Below, in pieces: positions 38,039-47,740 of a DNA stretch of 64,000 nucleotides. The position numbers and the translations under genes were made by a program. The notes under the pieces are model-generated. The model was given only the letters and a program-made list of their open reading frames with translations. It ran no database searches and was not told the DNA's origin. The DNA lies in the IMG/VR virus record IMGVR_UViG_3300025141_000020, positions 62,001-126,000 of that record; one strand, written 5' to 3'. The stretch's first letter is position 1. Each line of letters opens with the position of its first letter.

Positions 38039-38100
38039 AGGTAGGAAAAAATTCATACTATTTTCATATTTTCTAATAATTATAGTAAAATACCCTCTAT

Positions 38101-38271
38101 ATGAAGGCAAACAATAAAAAAGAAAAAGAGATAAAAAATATTAAGATTAGTGTTGAGTCTCATCACTTACTTAAAAAGTACTGTAAAAAACACGGACTTA
38201 AAATGTTTGCTTTTGTAGAGCTTTTAATAAAAGATAAATGTAAGTCTGTTAAAGAAATCTATTTTGAGTAG
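38101..38271 (+). CDS. Small ribbon-helix-helix-like DNA-binding protein, 56 aa (not in ORF track)
   Basis: Manual translation MKANNKKEKEIKNIKISVESHHLLKKYCKKHGLKMFAFVELLIKDKC...: beta-strand, helix, G-turn, helix pattern. Confidence 0.65.
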   Translation: MKANNKKEKEIKNIKISVESHHLLKKYCKKHGLKMFAFVELLIKDKCKSVKEIYFE

Positions 38272-38272
38272 T

Positions 38273-39340
38273 CTATCTTACTAGTGTTTCTGTTATTATA
38301 ATGTAGGAAGAGGTGGTCGTGGTATTTTTAACTATAGTAATATTTAATGTGTCTCCAGGATTAACCATTACGGGTTCAGTTAATACAATATTATTAATAC
38401 TAAACTGTACCCCATTAGTATTATATGCAAATGCGTCGACATTTTCTGTCCTAGCTAAAGTAATGTTAGTTTTATAGTTATATGTTCTTGTTGTTGCAGT
38501 AGTAACCGAGTCAAATTTAATTTTATGGTTAACTTTATTATCGTCTTTTTTTCGATTATGTGTTTTTTCACCACCCATTAAAACTATCGTTCTACTAACA
38601 GCTGGAGTTACCTCAAATTCATCCTCATCAATTAAAAATCCTTGTAGTTGGAATTGATAATTTTGTTGGTAGTATCTTCTTTCTTCTGTGTCTATCACCG
38701 ACTCATCACCTATGGTCTCCATAACAATTGGGATGTAGTGTCCTTTAACGTATGTGTATGCTTGTCTAGATGTGAATTTTTGTAACACTACTTTATTAAA
38801 TTGATTTAGTTCTCTCATTCTATTACAAACTATTTTGACGTCATAGGTGACATCCACTGGGACTGGTTGGGGAATAGTGTATATGTCATACCCCTTCCTA
38901 TTACCGTCCCACGTTGGTACTTTTGCGTAATGTACTTGTTTTCTATTAGGTATGGTGTATTGTAACGATGGGTTAGTTCCGTATTGTACATCTGGTTTTC
39001 TAACTACAACTATAAATGGTAATGACACATTTTTATCTTTGGTGGAGAATGACCATGTTTGTGCGAATTCCCCCCATCTTTGTAATGTTAGGATTCTGTC
39101 TATCACCGGTATTTTTTTACCACTAACTGTTGCTGGGATGTCATCTATAACAAAATCTAACATACCTCTATCTAAATCTGCGTGTAAAACAGATTTTGGT
39201 AAAAAAGTTCCGTCTTCAGTAATTAAATCAGCTAGTTCTTTTCTTCTTATTGGTGTACTTACGCCGTCATATCCATAAGGGTAATGTCCTTGTACTTGAC
39301 CTGGTGTTATATTTATATTTTTTTTAATTGGTAGTGCCAT
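38273..39340 (-). CDS. Tail terminator / sheath stabiliser (gp15-like)
   Basis: LPFIVVVRKP, PQPVPVDVTYDVKIVCNRMRELNQF; next to neck gene; ATG 39340 preferred over track start. Confidence 0.65.
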   Translation of the reverse strand: MALPIKKNINITPGQVQGHYPYGYDGVSTPIRRKELADLITEDGTFLPKSVLHADLDRGMLDFVIDDIPATVSGKKIPVIDRILTLQRWGEFAQTWSFSTKDKNVSLPFIVVVRKPDVQYGTNPSLQYTIPNRKQVHYAKVPTWDGNRKGYDIYTIPQPVPVDVTYDVKIVCNRMRELNQFNKVVLQKFTSRQAYTYVKGHYIPIVMETIGDESVIDTEERRYYQQNYQFQLQGFLIDEDEFEVTPAVSRTIVLMGGEKTHNRKKDDNKVNHKIKFDSVTTATTRTYNYKTNITLARTENVDAFAYNTNGVQFSINNIVLTEPVMVNPGDTLNITIVKNTTTTSSYIIITETLVR

Positions 39341-39341
39341 T

Positions 39342-39857
39342 TTATATTCCGTCAAATTCATTCTCACTAACAAATGAACATTTTATTGTTCTGTAGAAAG
39401 CTTTATACCCACCTATTGTGTGCACATTATCAGATGTAACCCTACCATCATCTGTGACGACATAATATCTCATTCTTTCTTCTGTTTCATTATACCCAAT
39501 ATAATCTCCATAATTTATATCTATGTCTAATTCCTCTAAATGTTTCATGTACACGCTAAAAGTTAAATTCCCTGGTTCCATTTGATTTACAAGTCCCGAA
39601 GCATAACTTTTATTTTGTGCTTCTGATATATCAACATAACCTTTAATTTCCACCGGAGCTTTATATCTAATTTCCTCTTTGCCAGCTTCACCATAAACAT
39701 CGTCAACATCACTAAGTTTTTTATCCACTCTAAATAAAACCAAAGTAAAATGCATGTCGCCATGCAACCACTCCATTCCAATATTTTGTTCTAAAGCAAA
39801 ATCTTCTGAACCAAAAAATTTAGATATTCTTGTTATAGGTACTTTTTTATTACTCAT
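39342..39857 (-). CDS. Head closure / neck protein (gp14-like)
   Basis: YKAPVEIKGYV, GNLTFSVY, INYGDYIGY...YYVV pattern; next to tail terminator. Confidence 0.6.
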   Translation of the reverse strand: MSNKKVPITRISKFFGSEDFALEQNIGMEWLHGDMHFTLVLFRVDKKLSDVDDVYGEAGKEEIRYKAPVEIKGYVDISEAQNKSYASGLVNQMEPGNLTFSVYMKHLEELDIDINYGDYIGYNETEERMRYYVVTDDGRVTSDNVHTIGGYKAFYRTIKCSFVSENEFDGI

Positions 39858-39875
39858 ATTGTATAACTCTTTATT

Positions 39876-39882
39876 ATAAATA
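39876..39882 (-). promoter_or_regulatory. TATTTAT putative late-promoter element
   Basis: 18 nt upstream of ATG 39857. Confidence 0.55.
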
Positions 39883-39886
39883 CATT

Positions 39887-39915
39887 TTGACTTCCTTTTC
39901 TCTTTTTATTATATT
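39887..39915 (+). promoter_or_regulatory. Host-type promoter TTGACT-N17-TATATT
   Basis: Ends 7 nt before SNF2 ATG. Confidence 0.65.
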
Positions 39916-39922
39916 TTAGATT

Positions 39923-41656
39923 ATGGATATAAAATTACCAGAAATTATAGCTAAAGATAAATTACTGTCTTATAGTGGGGCTAATAACTATATTATTGGT
40001 TTAAGGGATTCAGTTAAATCTGGTAAAATGTCTATCCTTACCCTAGAACAATCTGAGTATATTATAGATAATTTTACTTCCGTACCAAAAATTGTGCGTA
40101 GGTGGGTTGATATCGATGAACCCTATTCTAACGAATTACTGGCCACAAAATTTTTATCAAAAGCTCCCTCTAGTATCTGGATTGAAAAGTTATTGTTATT
40201 AGGTGATGAAAAGTACCATGTTTGGGGTAAGATTCTGGAGGATAGTGCTTTAACGTCATTTTGGGTTCCTAGGACACAATTAATTTCACAAGTTAAAAAA
40301 GATGTTGTTGTGGATTTTAGGGAATTTTCACACCGACCCCCTTTTGAACACCAAAAAGAAGCTGTAACTAAACTAGTGTCTAATAAAAAATATATTTTGG
40401 CGGATGATATGGGTCTTGGTAAAACTAGTTCCGCAATTATGGCAACAATTAACTTAAAATTAAAAAAAGTTTTAATTATATGTCCCGCGTCTTTAAAAGT
40501 TAACTGGAAACGGGAAATAGAAAATTATAGTGACGACCAGGTAGGTATTGTGGAGGGTAAAAAATGGGAAGACGGTAAATATGTTATTATAAATTATGAT
40601 ATTTTAAAAAATTTTCATTCATTACCTAGGGATTCGGACAAAAAAACTAAGCTCCTGGATTCCAAATTTGATTTGGTTATAATAGATGAAGCTCATTATG
40701 TTTCTAATGGTAAAGCACAAAGAACTAAATTAGTTAACAATCTCACTAATAAAATAAGTAGGTTGTGGTTATTGTCTGGTACACCTATGACCTCTAGGCC
40801 CATGAATTATTATAACTTATTAAAACTGGTTGGTTCTAGGGTTGCTAATAACTGGATTAGTTATGTTAGGCGATATTGTGATGGTAAACAAATTTTTAGA
40901 GGCTATAGAAAAATTTGGTTGACTTTTGGCGCTACTAATCTTGAAGAATTGCGTGACAAGACTAACGATAAAGTTTTGCGTAGATTAAAAGAAGATGTTT
41001 TAGATTTGCCTGATAAAATCATAACCCCTATATATATGGAGTTAAAATCAAAAGAATATGAAGATGAGGTTGGTGAGTATAAGGATTGGAGACGGGAGAA
41101 TAAAAATAAGGGTTTGTCTATACAGTTATCTAAATTAATGAAGGTTAGACAAATAATAGCTTTGGCTAAGGTTGGGGAGACTTCGCAACTCATAGAACAG
41201 TGTTTACAACAGGACAAAAAAGTTATTGTATTCACAAACTTTACCGAACCGTTAATGCAGTTACATGAAAAATATAAAAAGGAATCAGTAATACTTAACG
41301 GTACTATGAAAAAAGAAGCTAGACAAGAAAGTGTGGACAGATTTCAAAACGACGAAAAAATAAAAATATTTATAGGTAATGTAAAAGCTGCTGGGGTTGG
41401 TATTACGTTGACCTCAGCGGAGGTGGTAATATTTAATGATTTGTCATTTGTGCCTTCAGATATGTCACAATGTGAAGACCGGGCATTTAGAATAGGGCAA
41501 GATAAAAAAGTATCTTGTTTATACCCTATATATCAAAATACTCTAGAATATAAAATATACAACATTGTTAATAATAAAAAATCTGTTATAGACACGGTAA
41601 TGGGTGATAATATAGGTGACGAAGATATTATGTCAGAAATTGTAAGTATATTGTAG
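39923..41656 (+). CDS. SNF2-family (SWI/SNF, HARP-like) helicase
   Basis: LADDMGLGKT, ICPASL, IIDEAH, LSGTP, LRRLKEDV, AAGVGITL and QCEDRAFRIGQ motifs. Confidence 0.92.
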   Translation: MDIKLPEIIAKDKLLSYSGANNYIIGLRDSVKSGKMSILTLEQSEYIIDNFTSVPKIVRRWVDIDEPYSNELLATKFLSKAPSSIWIEKLLLLGDEKYHVWGKILEDSALTSFWVPRTQLISQVKKDVVVDFREFSHRPPFEHQKEAVTKLVSNKKYILADDMGLGKTSSAIMATINLKLKKVLIICPASLKVNWKREIENYSDDQVGIVEGKKWEDGKYVIINYDILKNFHSLPRDSDKKTKLLDSKFDLVIIDEAHYVSNGKAQRTKLVNNLTNKISRLWLLSGTPMTSRPMNYYNLLKLVGSRVANNWISYVRRYCDGKQIFRGYRKIWLTFGATNLEELRDKTNDKVLRRLKEDVLDLPDKIITPIYMELKSKEYEDEVGEYKDWRRENKNKGLSIQLSKLMKVRQIIALAKVGETSQLIEQCLQQDKKVIVFTNFTEPLMQLHEKYKKESVILNGTMKKEARQESVDRFQNDEKIKIFIGNVKAAGVGITLTSAEVVIFNDLSFVPSDMSQCEDRAFRIGQDKKVSCLYPIYQNTLEYKIYNIVNNKKSVIDTVMGDNIGDEDIMSEIVSIL

Positions 41657-41673
41657 AAATGAGTTATTCGGTA

Positions 41674-41680
41674 TATTTAT
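41674..41680 (+). promoter_or_regulatory. TATTTAT putative late-promoter element
   Basis: 16 nt upstream of ATG 41697. Confidence 0.55.
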
Positions 41681-41696
41681 AATAAAAACAAATATC

Positions 41697-42311
41697 ATGG
41701 GCAAAAAAGAACTAACAAAAAAACAACTTAAAAAAAGTCTTAAAAATATAACCGAGGGTTCTGTTCAAATGAAGGGCCATTTAAAAACGGCATATAACGC
41801 AATAAAAAAGTTAGATAAAATATCGGTAGGCCAAAAAATTAAAAATAATAAAGGTGATAATGTAACTGTAACACCAAAAGATAATGATAAAATTCTTGCA
41901 GCAATGAGAAAAGTAGAGGATATATATAGAGATATTATTGGTGGTGAGATAAAAGATAAGGAGGATAAGGATGAAAAAGAAAAAGCTACAGAGGTAACAG
42001 CTAAAAATGAAAAATCTGAAGGTCACGGAAAAATGCCGAGTGAGGTTGTTGGTGAAAATACCGTTAAACTATCGCAAAAGAAATTAAATTCTATCATAAA
42101 AAGAGTAATTATAGAAAGAAAGAAACAACTTAATGAGCAAGCAGAAAAAGCGTCCCCAGTATCGAGATTGATATACGATGCACAACAAATGGCTAAATGG
42201 GCAGATGAGGCTGGTGGAGCAGTATCATTTGATGAGTCGTTATTACAAGATGGTGAATTTAATAAACTTGTGGTGAGGATTAAAGATGCAATTAATGATG
42301 TTAAACTATAA
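41697..42311 (+). CDS. Hypothetical Lys/Glu-rich protein, 204 aa
   Basis: ORF flanked by its own TATTTAT element and terminator. Confidence 0.65.
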   Translation: MGKKELTKKQLKKSLKNITEGSVQMKGHLKTAYNAIKKLDKISVGQKIKNNKGDNVTVTPKDNDKILAAMRKVEDIYRDIIGGEIKDKEDKDEKEKATEVTAKNEKSEGHGKMPSEVVGENTVKLSQKKLNSIIKRVIIERKKQLNEQAEKASPVSRLIYDAQQMAKWADEAGGAVSFDESLLQDGEFNKLVVRIKDAINDVKL

Positions 42312-42339
42312 AAACTAATATATTATAACATATTTTATT

Positions 42340-42365
42340 AAAGGTCCTAAATAAGGGCCTTTTTT
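42340..42365 (+). terminator. Intrinsic terminator
   Basis: AAAGGTCCT-AAATA-AGGGCCTTT followed by T-run. Confidence 0.7.
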
Positions 42366-42381
42366 AATGCCAACTTCCAAG

Positions 42382-42388
42382 TATTTAT
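42382..42388 (+). promoter_or_regulatory. TATTTAT putative late-promoter element
   Basis: After a terminator, 16 nt upstream of ATG 42405. Confidence 0.6.
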
Positions 42389-42404
42389 ATAAAAAGGATA
42401 TATT

Positions 42405-43529
42405 ATGCCAGTAACAATTGACCCAATAAAAAGAGAAAAATTATTTACTCAAGTAAAGCATTTATTAGGTGCTCCCTTAAGAGGGGTTGAGCTTGAGGAT
42501 GAAATGTTAGATACGGCTATAGAATTAGCTGTTCTTGATTATGGCCAATATGTTCAGGATTGGTTGATAGAAAACCAATGGTCTGCTCTATATGGTCAAG
42601 ACCTAGATGTTATTTCTTTAACTAACGCTTTTTTAACTAGGGACTTAAGTTTTGAAACGTCCTTTACTTATGCCTATTCCAAGATAGTGGGGTTACAAGC
42701 TGGTGGAGGTTATGAGTTAAAACGAGACTTTGTAGATTTAGTTACAAACCAACAAATATATACAATACCAGCTGGAAGAGAAATAAATGAGGTTTTATGG
42801 TACACAAGAGCTGAACTAAATGAAGCCTTTATAGACCCATTTTTAGGTGGTTTCGGTGGTCTAGGTGGTAACTTGGGTATGGGTGGTGCTCAAATGGGAA
42901 TGCAAGGTTCTTACTTTATGATGCCAGCTTTTGACATATTACTAAGAATGCAGGATAGAAATTTAAAAAATAGGATGATTGGTGGTGACATGACTTATCG
43001 GATTACTGCTGGAGCTGGTGGTATTCATGGAGAAAAATTCTTACACCTTTACAATGTTCCTGGTGGAAGATTTGATTTTGGTAATATTATGACCAACCAA
43101 CACAGAGTTTGGTATTGGTATTATGATTCCGGCCCTGAGACTAGGAACGAATGTTTGTTAGCTAATAAAGATATTGTTCTTTTACCCAGTGATGTGACAT
43201 TAGATGAAATGTCTTATGGTGACCTTAATGCCCCAGCACAATCGTGGGTTAGAAAATACTTTTTTGCTAAAGCTAAGGAGATGTTGGGTCGTGTTCGTGG
43301 TAAATTTTCCGGAGCTTTAAAGACCCCGGGAGCTGAATTAACTCTTGAGTATGATGCTTTATTGTCAGAGTCAAAAGATGAGGTAGCTAAACTAGTAGAA
43401 GAACTTACCCTAAGACTAGAGAGATTAAGAAATGATAAAATGTTAGAAAGAAAAGCTCTTGAAGCTGAAAACTTAAATAAGTCACTTGGGTTTAGACCAA
43501 TGAACCCAGGAACAATATTCACAATATAA
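42405..43529 (+). CDS. Neck / head-tail connector protein (gp13-like)
   Basis: LLGAPLRGVELEDEML..AIELA, WVRKYFFAKAKEMLGRVRGKF..PG..LTL...L.SE motifs. Confidence 0.75.
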   Translation: MPVTIDPIKREKLFTQVKHLLGAPLRGVELEDEMLDTAIELAVLDYGQYVQDWLIENQWSALYGQDLDVISLTNAFLTRDLSFETSFTYAYSKIVGLQAGGGYELKRDFVDLVTNQQIYTIPAGREINEVLWYTRAELNEAFIDPFLGGFGGLGGNLGMGGAQMGMQGSYFMMPAFDILLRMQDRNLKNRMIGGDMTYRITAGAGGIHGEKFLHLYNVPGGRFDFGNIMTNQHRVWYWYYDSGPETRNECLLANKDIVLLPSDVTLDEMSYGDLNAPAQSWVRKYFFAKAKEMLGRVRGKFSGALKTPGAELTLEYDALLSESKDEVAKLVEELTLRLERLRNDKMLERKALEAENLNKSLGFRPMNPGTIFTI

Positions 43530-43530
43530 T

Positions 43531-44535
43531 ATGGGGTTTTTTACTAAGATTGATTATAATAGACAGTTAAGACAAAGTGGTGGTACAGCTACTTTTTCTG
43601 GTAGTACACATATGACAAATGATTTGTCTTTCGTGGGTCACTTATCAGGTTATGTAGCTGATTGGCAAAGTACTTTAGTTGCTGGTTCTGGATTTCCATG
43701 TTCTACTGGGAATACTTTTATTGTTGGTCCTCATGATGCTACATCTGCTTCATGTAATGTAAATATAACTTCTTTTTCTGGGGTAAGTGGTACAACCGCG
43801 GTACTATCAATAGGTCAGGTACCGATTGACCCTATAAGTGGTGGTTCCGTAAATCCAGGTATTAGTGCTAGTACTTTACAAATTAAAAACACTGGCCTTA
43901 TGGATGCTGTTGGTAGTTATAGTGATTTGTCTATTGATACGTCTGGTAATGTTGTTAAGGGTGGTAGTTCATCACTAAGATACAAAACTAATTTGGTACC
44001 TGTAGAGTCAGGTAGATATATGGGATTACTTAAGTTGAGTTCATATAGCTTTAACTACAAATCAAGTGGCATACCTAGTTTTGGTCTTATAGCTGAAGAA
44101 TTACACTCTCTTGGTTATGATGAATTAGTAATGTATGACGAAAATAGGAGGCCAGATAACATACATTATAAATTGTTGTCGGTAGCTCTTTTACAACTCA
44201 TAAAAGATATAAGAAAAGATATGTATAGTGGTGATATTGGCGTCAATATACCAGAAAAAAATACATTAACTAAGGTGGTTACAGAAGATTATACAACTAA
44301 TGGTGAATACCTACTAGTGAGTACGTCTGACTCAACTATAACTCTAAATTCTGCTGTTGGTACTAAAGTAAGGATAAAATCCTTATCTAATACTAGTGTG
44401 GTTCCTGATATAGGTCTTATTGATAGTAGGTGGGAAAATGTAGAATTAGATAATAATAGTTCTGTAGAATTTGTGTTTGTGTCGGAGTTAAACTACTGGG
44501 TAATTGTTAGTTCAGACGGAATTAAGGATTCCTAA
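43531..44535 (+). CDS. Tail fibre/spike-like protein with internal peptidase S74 intramolecular chaperone
   Basis: G/S/T-rich N-terminal part; SSLRYKTN...GLIAEEL...IHY..L...LLQLIK signature. Confidence 0.75.
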   Translation: MGFFTKIDYNRQLRQSGGTATFSGSTHMTNDLSFVGHLSGYVADWQSTLVAGSGFPCSTGNTFIVGPHDATSASCNVNITSFSGVSGTTAVLSIGQVPIDPISGGSVNPGISASTLQIKNTGLMDAVGSYSDLSIDTSGNVVKGGSSSLRYKTNLVPVESGRYMGLLKLSSYSFNYKSSGIPSFGLIAEELHSLGYDELVMYDENRRPDNIHYKLLSVALLQLIKDIRKDMYSGDIGVNIPEKNTLTKVVTEDYTTNGEYLLVSTSDSTITLNSAVGTKVRIKSLSNTSVVPDIGLIDSRWENVELDNNSSVEFVFVSELNYWVIVSSDGIKDS

Positions 44536-47229
44536 TTCTTCCATAAAATAATTTTCACTTAATTTTAGTTTTTCCCAAAAAACTTTTTCTTCTACAGATA
44601 ACTCAAGAATGTTTTCTAAAGTATCTTGGTCTGCTTCTTTTCTAGGTATGCCGTTTATTAGTGTGCATTGTGATTTTGTAAAATACTCCCTATCTTCTGG
44701 TTTAGCTTTTAGTAAGCTTTCCCTAACTTCTGGTTTAAAACAAACTAACAATGGTTCTACACGCTTGTTATATATAGAAATATACCTAGGGACATTATAT
44801 TCACCCTTTTTATCTGAAGTTAAATCAACTTCCTCAATCTGATAACAGTTAAGTTGTATGATATCTTCTTGTCCAGCCTTCTTTTTTCTTTGTACGTCAC
44901 CATGTGACTTAGCTTTACCATTATTAACATAGTGTATTGTATCACCTAAAGATACTGGTATGTTATTATTAATAACTAACTCCATATGTGCTTGTCTAGC
45001 CATTAACGCTCCAGACTTGCTTCGTTGGCCGCATCTTTTTTTGTAAGACTCTACGGTTTGTTTTACCCTTGCTTTATTAGCTATTTGACTTAAAGGAATT
45101 TCTTTATTGTATATTATGTTTAAATATTCGTAGTAATACTCAACAAACTCATCGCCCTTACCGTTTAGTAATAACTTTAAACCTTTATCAATAAAAATCT
45201 CCATATAACCTTGTATTTTTTTAGATTTGATTGAGTTTCCTGTTAATTTTACCTCGTAGTCTGAAGTTAATAAAGCATAATTTTTTCTTGCAACGTTAAT
45301 ACATGATGGCCATTGCCCATCAGTATCTAGACCCATTTCTCCTCTCATAAACAAATCGTTATACTCTGCGACATCAGCTTCACTCCCAATATACAGTTTA
45401 TCTTTAATTACCAGGCCATTATTGCCCAAACCAATATATTCTCTATCTTCAACATTACTAGGGCAAGAAAAGTTTACCCCGTCGGTATCCATAACTAATG
45501 GGTCATAACCTTTCCCCATAAAAAATCTAACCATTTGTCTAAGATATTGTCTTGCGGTACAAGTAACTTTTTCACCCATATCCATGTCACCCCAAGGAAA
45601 TACGTGTGGTGCGGATAATGAACCAAACATAGAATTTATAAAAATCTTAATTGGTAGTTGTTTCCTACCAAAGGATTCTGATTTCTTTTTATCTATAGAA
45701 TAGTATTCTGACGCTAAGTTTTTGTATTTAATCCTTGCATCTCTAAAATATTTCAACATACCTTTCATCGCTTCACTTATATCACATTCCGGAAATACGT
45801 CATGGACCAATTGTATTGATGGGTATAGTGAACTAAAGTCTAGTTTTAGTACATTTGTTGAATATCCGGTTTTAACTAGTCTAGATAATCCACCAACAAA
45901 AGGTCTTTTAGATTCCTTTGCTGGTATTGCTAGTCCAGTGTGGTAAGACCACGCCAACATCAACATTTTCCATAAAGTTGCTGTTCCCATTGTTGATACT
46001 CTTTCGTATGTGGTAGGTACCATTCCGGCTAACAGAAATGAAGCTTGGTTGAATTGTTCATCTACCACCATAGTTTCCCAAAGGTCGTCTATTAAATACT
46101 GTTCTACAATATACTCACCGGAAACTTTTTTATATACTTCTGGAAATTTTATATCTAGGTCTTTTAGTTTATTGTCATCTATTGATTTATATACCCCATT
46201 ATCAACATTTAGATAAAATTCTTTATTCTCTTTGTATGTAGAAGCAATTTTATTTCCGGGAACATATACACGGTTAGGTTTTTCAGCTTTTGCAAACTGA
46301 GTTATATACTTTAACCCCCAACTTTTTATTTCTGAATTAATGGTTTGTGTTCTTCTAACAGAATGGGCTATATCAATAGAATTGGTTCCCCATATTTGTA
46401 CCTGACTATACTTTTCCATTTCTGCACCTAATTTAAGTACCCCTTCTTTTATCTTATAACCTTCGTTTGGGTTTAGTGTTTTAAATCTTGTTTTGTCCAT
46501 CCCAAGTATGTCAGCTCTGGTAAATAGCCAGTTCCAGTCAAAGTTAGAGGAATTGTATCCTCCCACCATGGTTGGTTGTATCTTGCTTACTTCATCAAAA
46601 AATTCGTATATTGCCTCTCTTTCAGATTCATCATTATCTGATATTTCTATAACTCGTTCATAACCCCTATTGTCTTTCATACCAATCATAAAAATTCTAC
46701 CTTCCTCTGGAGCTAAAGAAGTTGTCTCCAGGTCAAAAACAAACCTATGCACTTCATCATAATCTTCGAACCCTTTAAATAACCTCTTTTTTTTCTGAAC
46801 TAAATATTGTTCTACCGGTGATAATATTTGTATGGACTCTCTACTGTTCTCACCCCAAGGATTTAAACCGCCTTGTGTAAAAAAACTAACTAAGTCTCTA
46901 TATGTTTTTGTTGTTTTAACTAAATAACATAAACCGTTTTTTAGTCTTTCGTTATCACCATCAAATAACCTTTCAATCATAATCCCGTATTTGGATATGG
47001 CTTCTTTCTGTAAAGCTTTGCTTCCTTTATAAAAATTTTTATCTTTAAGGTCCCCAACCCAACAAAAAGGAATAAAAGTATCACTTTTAATTGACTTTCC
47101 TTTTACTGGGTCTTCTATGATTTTATAGATTTTACTTGTTCTCCATCCATATTCTATGGATACAATATATTTTTCTGGGTCATTTCCTTGTAGGAATTGT
47201 TCTATTTCTTCTGAAGTTGGTTTATTCAT
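44512..47229 (-). CDS. Family B DNA polymerase with 3'-5' exonuclease
   Basis: FDLET, GYNSSNFD, DFSSLYPS, KIFINSMFG and MDTDG motifs; ATG 47229 preferred over track start 47268. Confidence 0.93.
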   Translation of the reverse strand: MNKPTSEEIEQFLQGNDPEKYIVSIEYGWRTSKIYKIIEDPVKGKSIKSDTFIPFCWVGDLKDKNFYKGSKALQKEAISKYGIMIERLFDGDNERLKNGLCYLVKTTKTYRDLVSFFTQGGLNPWGENSRESIQILSPVEQYLVQKKKRLFKGFEDYDEVHRFVFDLETTSLAPEEGRIFMIGMKDNRGYERVIEISDNDESEREAIYEFFDEVSKIQPTMVGGYNSSNFDWNWLFTRADILGMDKTRFKTLNPNEGYKIKEGVLKLGAEMEKYSQVQIWGTNSIDIAHSVRRTQTINSEIKSWGLKYITQFAKAEKPNRVYVPGNKIASTYKENKEFYLNVDNGVYKSIDDNKLKDLDIKFPEVYKKVSGEYIVEQYLIDDLWETMVVDEQFNQASFLLAGMVPTTYERVSTMGTATLWKMLMLAWSYHTGLAIPAKESKRPFVGGLSRLVKTGYSTNVLKLDFSSLYPSIQLVHDVFPECDISEAMKGMLKYFRDARIKYKNLASEYYSIDKKKSESFGRKQLPIKIFINSMFGSLSAPHVFPWGDMDMGEKVTCTARQYLRQMVRFFMGKGYDPLVMDTDGVNFSCPSNVEDREYIGLGNNGLVIKDKLYIGSEADVAEYNDLFMRGEMGLDTDGQWPSCINVARKNYALLTSDYEVKLTGNSIKSKKIQGYMEIFIDKGLKLLLNGKGDEFVEYYYEYLNIIYNKEIPLSQIANKARVKQTVESYKKRCGQRSKSGALMARQAHMELVINNNIPVSLGDTIHYVNNGKAKSHGDVQRKKKAGQEDIIQLNCYQIEEVDLTSDKKGEYNVPRYISIYNKRVEPLLVCFKPEVRESLLKAKPEDREYFTKSQCTLINGIPRKEADQDTLENILELSVEEKVFWEKLKLSENYFMEELGILNSV

Positions 47230-47295
47230 CTTATATTTTTTCGTTTGTAACATTATCTTCATACACACATATGAATTTTACTTAACATTCAAAAA

Positions 47296-47324
47296 AATAT
47301 AACAAAATTTTGTTTAGTAATCAA
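47296..47324 (-). promoter_or_regulatory. Host-type promoter TTGATT-N17-TATATT
   Basis: Intergenic, upstream of DNA polymerase. Confidence 0.6.
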
Positions 47325-47330
47325 CCTATA

Positions 47331-47711
47331 TTAACAAGGAGATTTTACAAATGAGTCGGAAACAGTTATAAATAGGTCTTCTCTTATTGGGACTATCAAT
47401 TCTGTATTATCTGAATGAAAATATATTATAAATTGCCCTTCGTATCTACCTACTTTATTGACATTGTTTTTAGTCCATTTATAATATATGTAATATTCAG
47501 TAGGGGCGTTTGGTGTTGTTGGTACTTTAGATACTATATAAGCCTGTTTATTGGCAACCTTCAGTATGCCGGTATCAACACTTTTCATTGAGAAGTATAT
47601 TGTGGAATTAGCTAACTTATTATGAAAGTTATTAAAGTCATTTCTTCCGTCTAATACTAATTGCATCTTTAGTATCGGGTCTGTTGAGTCTTTTCTTATA
47701 AAAAATTCCAT
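47331..47711 (-). CDS. BppU/DUF2479-like adaptor protein
   Basis: FFIRKDSTDPILKMQL...YYKW...GRYEGQFIIYF...LIVP pattern. Confidence 0.55.
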   Translation of the reverse strand: MEFFIRKDSTDPILKMQLVLDGRNDFNNFHNKLANSTIYFSMKSVDTGILKVANKQAYIVSKVPTTPNAPTEYYIYYKWTKNNVNKVGRYEGQFIIYFHSDNTELIVPIREDLFITVSDSFVKSPC

Positions 47712-47727
47712 TATTTAATTGTTTATT

Positions 47728-47734
47728 ATAAATA
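47728..47734 (-). promoter_or_regulatory. TATTTAT putative late-promoter element
   Basis: 16 nt upstream of ATG 47711. Confidence 0.55.
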
Positions 47735-47740
47735 TCTTGT

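Noticed and set aside
9864-47229. Inteins or introns in RNR, helicase, RecA-like or polymerase genes
   Set aside because: Lengths are normal, motifs are contiguous, and no homing-endonuclease or splice-junction signatures were seen
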